A DNA stretch of 64,000 nucleotides, from the NCBI GenBank assembly GCA_004402915.1, contig SORU01000006.1, positions 9,705-73,704 on the forward strand. Reading direction: 5' to 3'. The DNA is from Fidelibacterota bacterium MT.SAG.2 (GTDB lineage: Bacteria; Fidelibacterota; SORT01). Position 1 is the stretch's first letter. Each line of letters starts with the position of its first letter. The translations under genes were made by a program, and so were the position numbers. Positions 58,373 through 64,000 of the stretch are shown one piece after another. The notes under the pieces are model-generated. The model saw only the letters and a program-made list of their open reading frames with translations. It searched no databases and was not told where the DNA came from.

Positions 58373-59272
58373 ATGCGGGTTATTGTTCTCTCAATTAGGG
58401 ACAGAAAAATATTGGAAACATTCTTAAAAACAGCTCTGCGTTATCTTTCCTTCGGAATATTCTTTTATGTTATGTATTCAGGTTACTATTTCTTTATGCA
58501 GAAGCGGATCATCTATCCGCGTCATATCATACGAATACCGCCGGACATTTACGACCGTGTGCCGGGACTTGAACGCATCTGGCTTGAAACAAGTTCGGGA
58601 AAGGTCGAATCGTGGTATTTCCGCGCGTCGGACAGTACCGGGCAGCTCCCCCTTCCCGCGATGATCATCGCGCACGGAAACGCGGAGCTGATCGATTACT
58701 GGCTTCCGATAGTGAGCGATATCAGGGAAATGGGTATCTCGGTTCTGCTTGTGGAATATCCCGGTTACGGTCGCTCTGAGGGAAAGCCGGATGAGGCAAG
58801 TCTGACCGAGGCGTTTATCACCGCCTACGATTCCCTTCTGAGCAAACCGGAAGTCGACTCTGCGCGTATTGTTCTTTTCGGCAGATCTATCGGCACAGGC
58901 GTAATCTGCGCTCTTGCGGGCGCCCGACAATCGGCAGCGATGATATTGATGTCACCCTTTTCAAATATAAGTTCTTTGGCTTCGGATTATTACCTTCCCG
59001 GATTCCTCGCAAAGGACAGGTTCGATAATCTTGATATTATCAGTTCATACGATGAACCGGTTTTGTTCGTTCACGGCAGCAAAGACAGGCTCATTCCCTA
59101 CAAACACAGCAAAAAGCTTCTTGCGGCATCGCGAAACGGAGAGCTGATAACCTACGACAAAGGGCACAACGACCTTATAGGTGACTGGAAACTATTTTGG
59201 AATGAAGTCAGACCATTCCTGATAAGAGCGGGAGTTTTGGTTGAAGATGGAAAAACCGATTCTTCCGGATGA
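58373..59272 (+). CDS. alpha/beta-fold hydrolase
   Basis: N-terminal TM segment, HGNAE, nucleophile elbow GRSIGTG, and late D and H (GHND). Visibly more G+C-rich than its neighbours. Confidence 0.75.
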   Translation: MRVIVLSIRDRKILETFLKTALRYLSFGIFFYVMYSGYYFFMQKRIIYPRHIIRIPPDIYDRVPGLERIWLETSSGKVESWYFRASDSTGQLPLPAMIIAHGNAELIDYWLPIVSDIREMGISVLLVEYPGYGRSEGKPDEASLTEAFITAYDSLLSKPEVDSARIVLFGRSIGTGVICALAGARQSAAMILMSPFSNISSLASDYYLPGFLAKDRFDNLDIISSYDEPVLFVHGSKDRLIPYKHSKKLLAASRNGELITYDKGHNDLIGDWKLFWNEVRPFLIRAGVLVEDGKTDSSG

Positions 59273-59449
59273 TCAGAAGGCTAAAATTTAGTATCAGTTC
59301 CGAGAACACATTGGCTTGCGCCTGTCTTCGGCTGCCACGTCGTGGCTACACCACTCCTCGCCAGCCTGACATCAGTCGGACAGGCAATGACAAACTTATG
59401 TTCGGCTGTCCAAGGAGAACTTAGGCTATAATATTATGAGTTGCTTATT

Positions 59450-59926
59450 TCAAACAGGACAGTATTCTATGCCGTGCTTCTCGAAGTAACGTTGATGGTA
59501 TTCTTCGGCGCGATAGAATTCCGTTACCTCGGCAATTTCCGTCACTATCGGATTTGAATAAGTTCCGTTATCAGCAAAACGATCTTTAGATTCAAGAGCT
59601 GCTTTTGCCTGCTCAGGAGAATGAGTGAATATTGCCGAGCGGTATTGAGATCCCACATCGGGACCCTGCCGATTCAAAGTAGTGGGGTCATGATTTTTCC
59701 AGAATTCATCAAGCAATGTTTCATAACTCACTCTGTCAGAATCGAATTCAACCTCCACTACCTCCGCATGCCCTGTCCTGCCTGTGCAGACCTCTTCATA
59801 TGTAGGGTTTTCTTTTGTTCCGCCGGAATAGCCTGATGTAGCGCTCACCACGCCCTCAACAGCCATGAATGCTGCTTCTACACCCCAGAAACAACCTGCG
59901 CCGAATGTCGCTTTTTCTATCTTCAT
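59450..59926 (-). CDS. msrA: peptide-methionine (S)-S-oxide reductase
   Basis: ATFGAGCFWGVEAAF ... GHAEVVEVEFD ... YHQRY. Confidence 0.95.
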   Translation of the reverse strand: MKIEKATFGAGCFWGVEAAFMAVEGVVSATSGYSGGTKENPTYEEVCTGRTGHAEVVEVEFDSDRVSYETLLDEFWKNHDPTTLNRQGPDVGSQYRSAIFTHSPEQAKAALESKDRFADNGTYSNPIVTEIAEVTEFYRAEEYHQRYFEKHGIEYCPV

Positions 59927-59932
59927 AATATG

Positions 59933-60286
59933 TTAAGCAGAAGAAGCCTCTTCCGTCTCGCTATTTATGGCGCCTATGCTGCCGATAAGTTCTTGAAGAT
60001 CGCCGCTCTCATACATTTCCATCATAATATCAGACCCGCCGACAAGTTTACCATCAACAAAGAGTTGAGGAATGGTTGGCCAATTCGAATATTCGGACAA
60101 CACTACTCGAATATTCGGGTCCGGGAGAATATCCATCGAATTGAAATTTGCATTAAGCGACTTCAATATTTCAACTGCCTTGAATGAAAAACCGCATTTC
60201 GGCATTTCGGGCGTACCTTTCATGTACAGCATAACCTTATTCTTATCTACGTCGGATTTTATCTGATTTAAAATCTCTTCTGACAT
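59933..60286 (-). CDS. grxD: monothiol (CGFS) glutaredoxin, Grx4 family
   Basis: VMLYMKGTPEMPKCGFSFKAV ... WPTIPQLFVDGKLVGGSDI. Confidence 0.9.
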   Translation of the reverse strand: MSEEILNQIKSDVDKNKVMLYMKGTPEMPKCGFSFKAVEILKSLNANFNSMDILPDPNIRVVLSEYSNWPTIPQLFVDGKLVGGSDIMMEMYESGDLQELIGSIGAINSETEEASSA

Positions 60287-60307
60287 AACTCATACTTCCT
60301 TTCTAAT

Positions 60308-60553
60308 TCAGGAGACATTCTCCCATTGTTTTTTTGTATAGGCTTTTATCTCTACGGCATGAATAGCGCCGCCAAGATTATCGCCAAGCGCGGAATGGAT
60401 CATTTTGTGTCTTTCCAAAATTGGTACGCCTTCAAAATTATCTGAAACTACCATTATTTCAAAATGATCACCGCTTCCCCGTGTATCTACAATCGCTATG
60501 TCTGAATCGGGGAAATCATTTTCCAATAGCGCTTGAACTTCTTTCTCTTCCAC
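60308..60553 (-). CDS. BolA-family protein
   Basis: GSGDHFEIMVVSDNFEGVPILERHKMIHSAL ... IHAVEIKAYT. GTG start. It lies adjacent to the monothiol glutaredoxin gene, the usual partner. Confidence 0.8.
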   Translation of the reverse strand: MEEKEVQALLENDFPDSDIAIVDTRGSGDHFEIMVVSDNFEGVPILERHKMIHSALGDNLGGAIHAVEIKAYTKKQWENVS

Positions 60554-60645
60554 TGTGAATCCTTTCTCTGTTGACTCAATTTAATTATATCAACCAATTA
60601 TCCTATATTTTTTGCTAAAAAGCAATAGAATCTGAAAGAATATAT

Positions 60646-60683
60646 AAAATAAAGCGCCTGCGGTGGGATTAGGTGTCAGGCGC
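60646..60683 (-). terminator. rho-independent terminator downstream of the MerR-family gene
   Basis: 7-bp GC-rich stem GCGCCTG/CAGGCGC followed, on the minus strand, by TTTATTTTATATA. Confidence 0.55.
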
Positions 60684-60737
60684 CTTAATTCGCATACAGT
60701 GGGATGTGTATGCAGTTTTAGATTATATAATTTAAGG

Positions 60738-61169
60738 TTAATCTTCCAACAGCTTCTTCATATCCAGCAATCCTCTTCTTATCGTAGAGAGAGTGTTAAC
60801 CAATTTATCTTCACGGTTATTCTCTCCTTCGGCGGGTGTGCTTATGCTCAATTTTGAGGCAGAATCTCCAGATTTGATCATTTCTTCAAAATTTGCCGAT
60901 TTTAGTTGTTTGCGCGCTCCCTCAATAGTGTATTTCTGGTCATATAATAAATATTTGACGTGGAAGAGTATTTTTATGTCACGATCTTTGTAAATTCTAT
61001 TCCCGGCGCGATTTTTCGTAGGTTTAAGGACTGGAAATTCAGTTTCCCAATAACGTAAAACATAGGGTTTTAGTGAAGTAAGTTCGGCAACTTCGCCGAT
61101 AGAATAATATAACTTTTTTATTTCAGGTTGATTCAAGTAATACCCTATAAAAAAATAGTTATGGTTCAA
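60738..61169 (-). CDS. MerR-family transcriptional regulator
   Basis: YYSIGEVAELTSLKPYVLRYWETEFPVLKPTKNRAGNRIYKDRDI is the MerR HTH. There is no ATG; candidate starts are TTG 61169 and a more typical in-frame TTG at 61136. Confidence 0.8.
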   Translation of the reverse strand: MNHNYFFIGYYLNQPEIKKLYYSIGEVAELTSLKPYVLRYWETEFPVLKPTKNRAGNRIYKDRDIKILFHVKYLLYDQKYTIEGARKQLKSANFEEMIKSGDSASKLSISTPAEGENNREDKLVNTLSTIRRGLLDMKKLLED

Positions 61170-61219
61170 GTAACGCTTTATATTATAACAATAAGAGAAC
61201 GTTGATACAAGACTTTTTT

Positions 61220-61996
61220 CTATTTACGGCGACTCTGAGAGAAGATTGTGATCGAAGCGAATAAATTTAACAGGTTTTGTTTTAATATTTCCAATAGCTT
61301 AGGAATGCCACTACTTATCTTGAAATTTAAAAATATTTTTGTGTCCCAAAGGTAAACTCCAAGCCTTTTTACAATGAATAGTTCATGTTCTCCTTTAAAT
61401 CTGTTAAATAACGGGTAAAAAACAGCGCCACTCGTATAACCTAATGCTTTAGCTGTTTCAATTTCACGCACACCAAACTTTCCAAAGGGAAATGATATGC
61501 TTTTCACACTGATATTAAGTTTTGATTCAAGCAGTTCTTTTGATGCGCTGAACTCCTTCTTCAGCTCTTCAATATCAAGCTTCCTCATATCCCTGTGCGT
61601 AAGCGTATGAGAGCCGATCTCCCAGCCATTTTCCTTCAGTTCTTCCAATTCTTGCCACGATGTGTGCTGAAATGTTACATTTCCTACATTCAGATCCCAT
61701 TTGTTTTCCATACCGACATAATCGGTGATAACATAAATAGTTGCAGGAGCATTCAGTTCTTTAAGGACGGGAAACGCATGGGTATAAGCAGATCGATATG
61801 CATCATCAAACGTTATTGCTACAACTTTAGCAGATTCCACACTGCCGTAAAGTTCTGATATTGTTACAAATTTATAATTTCGTTCTTGGAGAAGATTGAT
61901 CTGTCGCTTGAAGGCGTTTGGATGAACTCTTGTAAGTCCCCATTCAACCTTGTCATCTACCTTATGGTAGACTAAAACCGGATGATCAAAGGGCAT
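61220..61996 (-). CDS. polysaccharide deacetylase (NodB homology domain)
   Basis: VAITFDDAYRS ... ATIYVITDY ... IGSHTLTHRDM. Confidence 0.8.
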   Translation of the reverse strand: MPFDHPVLVYHKVDDKVEWGLTRVHPNAFKRQINLLQERNYKFVTISELYGSVESAKVVAITFDDAYRSAYTHAFPVLKELNAPATIYVITDYVGMENKWDLNVGNVTFQHTSWQELEELKENGWEIGSHTLTHRDMRKLDIEELKKEFSASKELLESKLNISVKSISFPFGKFGVREIETAKALGYTSGAVFYPLFNRFKGEHELFIVKRLGVYLWDTKIFLNFKISSGIPKLLEILKQNLLNLFASITIFSQSRRK

Positions 61997-62001
61997 CTAT
62001 C

Positions 62002-63120
62002 TTACGTGGCTAATGCTTTATCAATCGGTACGTATTCCAATCCAAAGGCATCTGCAACGCCCTTATGAGTTATCTTACCCTTGTATATGTTCAATCCGAG
62101 CTTAAGGTCTTCATATTCATCGAATGAATCAGAAAAACCATTATTCGCCAAGATCATTATATAAGGCAGTGTAGCGTTTGTAAGCGCAATTGTAGACGTA
62201 TAAGGCACTGCGCCCGGCATATTCGCAACACAATAATGAACTACACCATCAATTATGAATGTCGGATTATCGTGGGTAGTGGGCTTACAAGTTTCTATAC
62301 AGCCGCCCTGATCAACGGCAACATCCACTATTACAGAGCCTTTTTTCATCAGACTGAGCATTTCTTTTGTCACTAACTTCGGCGCCTTCGCACCGGGAAT
62401 CAGAACCGCCCCGATAAGAAGATCTGTAAATTTAAGTAATTTCCTGATATTAGAAGGATTCGACATCAGCGTAATAACATTATCAGGCATTACATCTTCG
62501 AGGTATCTAAGCCGGTCTAAATTTATATCGAGGATGTAGACTTTTGCGCCCATACCCGCAGCGATCCTGGCTGCGTTACTGCCGACTATTCCACCACCTA
62601 ATATTGTAACAGTAGCAGGATCCACACCCGGAACACCGCCCAGCAGCACACCGATCCCGCCTGAAGGCGCTTCAAGATATTTTGCTCCTTCCTGTACTGC
62701 CATCCTTCCGGCTACTTCGCTCATGGGAACAAGCAGTGGAAGAGTTTTGTCTTTCAATTGCACCGTCTCATACGCAATGGCGATGGCTTTATTCTTGATG
62801 ATATTTTCCGTCAGCTCTCTGTTCGCCGCAAAGTGAAAATATGTGAATATCAATTGACCTTCTGATATCATATCGCATTCGGCAGGCTGCGGTTCCTTGA
62901 CTTTAACGATCAGTTCTGCATCTCTGAACAGATCCTTCGCATTATCAATTATCTTAGCTCCCGCAGAACTATATTCTTCATCTGTAAATCCGCTCTCGGT
63001 ACCGGCATCTTTTTGAACAATAACCTCATTCCCGTCTTTCACCAATTGCTCGACTCCACCGGGTATGATACCAACTCTATGCTCATCCGATATGATCTCT
63101 TTGGGCAGACCGATAATCAT
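62002..63120 (-). CDS. ald: alanine dehydrogenase
   Basis: MIIGLPKEIISDEHRVGIIPGGV ... and the NAD motif VTILGGGIVGSNAA ... VDVAVDQGGC. Confidence 0.9.
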   Translation of the reverse strand: MIIGLPKEIISDEHRVGIIPGGVEQLVKDGNEVIVQKDAGTESGFTDEEYSSAGAKIIDNAKDLFRDAELIVKVKEPQPAECDMISEGQLIFTYFHFAANRELTENIIKNKAIAIAYETVQLKDKTLPLLVPMSEVAGRMAVQEGAKYLEAPSGGIGVLLGGVPGVDPATVTILGGGIVGSNAARIAAGMGAKVYILDINLDRLRYLEDVMPDNVITLMSNPSNIRKLLKFTDLLIGAVLIPGAKAPKLVTKEMLSLMKKGSVIVDVAVDQGGCIETCKPTTHDNPTFIIDGVVHYCVANMPGAVPYTSTIALTNATLPYIMILANNGFSDSFDEYEDLKLGLNIYKGKITHKGVADAFGLEYVPIDKALAT

Positions 63121-63164
63121 CTTTTACGATACCTCAGTAATAAATAATACCTTTAAAGACATAA

Positions 63165-64000
63165 TTATTCTTCGTTGGGCTGAATAACCGATACAACCAT
63201 CTCTCCGTTCAGAAATATATCATTCGCTAAATTCTGTACATCTTTTATTTGCACGGCATCTATCTTTTTAATGAGATCGTCGATTGGAGAATATTTTCCG
63301 AAATACATTTCTAACATTGCCATCCGGTTCATCCGGCTCATCATACTTTCCATAGATATTAAAGCGCCTCCCTTCCATTGTGCCCTAGCGCTTTCAATTT
63401 CTTCGATTTTGACGGGATCATTTTTAAGAGAAGTTATTTCTTTTTCGATCAATCCGATAACTTCATCGGTTTTTTTGGCATCCGTCCCGGCGTATGCACA
63501 AAAATAACCTGTATCAAATAAAAATTCCGGAAAACTGTAAATACTGTAGACGAAACCGTATTTCTCTCTGATATTCTGGAAGAGTCGAGTACTCATTCCG
63601 CCGCTGAGAATCGTGTTTAATACCAACATAGCATGTCTTCGTTTATCGTTGTAAGGAAGAGCACGATATCCCAGGCAGATGTGAGACTGGGCAATATGCG
63701 AATTCACCTTATTTATTCCGTTTCGAAGAGTTCCGTTTGGTGCGGTAAGAGGAGTCGCATGCTTTCCCGACGAAATATGAAAATACTTTTCTACCAAATC
63801 AACTACCTCATCATGTTCGAGATTGCCCGCTGCGGAAATGATTATATTTTCCGGTATATAATTGCTTTTGCGATAATCCTTCAATTTCTTGTCTGTCATT
63901 GATTTGATAGAATCTTCCGTACCGAGTATCGACATTCCGAGCGCATGATCCGGGAATAGATCGGAAACAAAATTTTCCACCACTAATTGACTTGGAGTAT
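63165..64000 (-). CDS. M16 (pitrilysin/insulinase) family peptidase, C-terminal part; 5' end lies outside the window
   Basis: The frame stays open from 63983 to the window edge. The sequence matches the M16 middle/C-terminal inactive-domain pattern (LILSGGMSTRLFQNIREKYGFVYSIYS). Confidence 0.75.
   Translation of the reverse strand, partial: TPSQLVVENFVSDLFPDHALGMSILGTEDSIKSMTDKKLKDYRKSNYIPENIIISAAGNLEHDEVVDLVEKYFHISSGKHATPLTAPNGTLRNGINKVNSHIAQSHICLGYRALPYNDKRRHAMLVLNTILSGGMSTRLFQNIREKYGFVYSIYSFPEFLFDTGYFCAYAGTDAKKTDEVIGLIEKEITSLKNDPVKIEEIESARAQWKGGALISMESMMSRMNRMAMLEMYFGKYSPIDDLIKKIDAVQIKDVQNLANDIFLNGEMVVSVIQPNEE

Noticed and set aside
59273-59449. Direct repeat of the tRNA-Pro(GGG) 3' end (an att site) that would delimit an integrated element containing the hydrolase gene
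   Set aside because: Only a 6-nt match (CTCGCC) was found by eye, which is not significant. No integrase is present.

Overview
This is a 64 kb chromosomal segment from a moderately low-GC bacterium. Many genes carry AGGAG-type ribosome-binding sites. The gene content (LptE-like lipoprotein, RNase Y, PlsY, ZapA, TPR lipoproteins) suggests an uncultured Gram-negative lineage, but I cannot place it from sequence alone. The window is tightly packed and mostly housekeeping. It contains the conserved thrS-infC-rpmI-rplT-pheS-pheT block, asnS, leuS, nadE, apt, pyrK-pyrD, cdsA, folD, rny, zapA, lepB, hemW, an NfeD/SPFH pair, ggt, a lysine 6-transaminase plus aldehyde dehydrogenase pair, an inositol-3-phosphate synthase plus CDP-alcohol phosphatidyltransferase pair, and a bolA-grx-msrA group. 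There are four tRNA genes: Val-GAC, Arg-CCG, Pro-CGG and Pro-GGG. I found no rRNA, CRISPR array, transposase, integrase or prophage genes, and no clear multi-gene defence island. The observations worth follow-up are: (1) a FakA-like Dak2 module fused to a complete DegV (FakB-like) domain and translationally coupled to plsY; (2) an RNase HII-YraN nuclease fusion behind a stand-alone cNMP-binding gene and an orphan terminator-bearing leader; (3) a tRNA-Val whose anticodon loop has C at position 33 and which ends 5 nt before the thrS start codon; (4) a diguanylate cyclase overlapping a K+-channel homologue whose filter reads TVGYN instead of TVGYG; (5) an RRM protein with a strictly 6-residue-periodic Arg-Arg tail; (6) three disrupted genes (comEC frameshift, a lipoprotein gene with an in-frame TAA, an HExxH membrane protein frameshift); (7) a small patch bracketed by inverted tRNA-Pro genes that holds an orphan hicB and lies next to a GC-rich hydrolase gene. 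All protein calls rest on motif recognition by eye in the supplied translations. No alignments or covariance searches were run.
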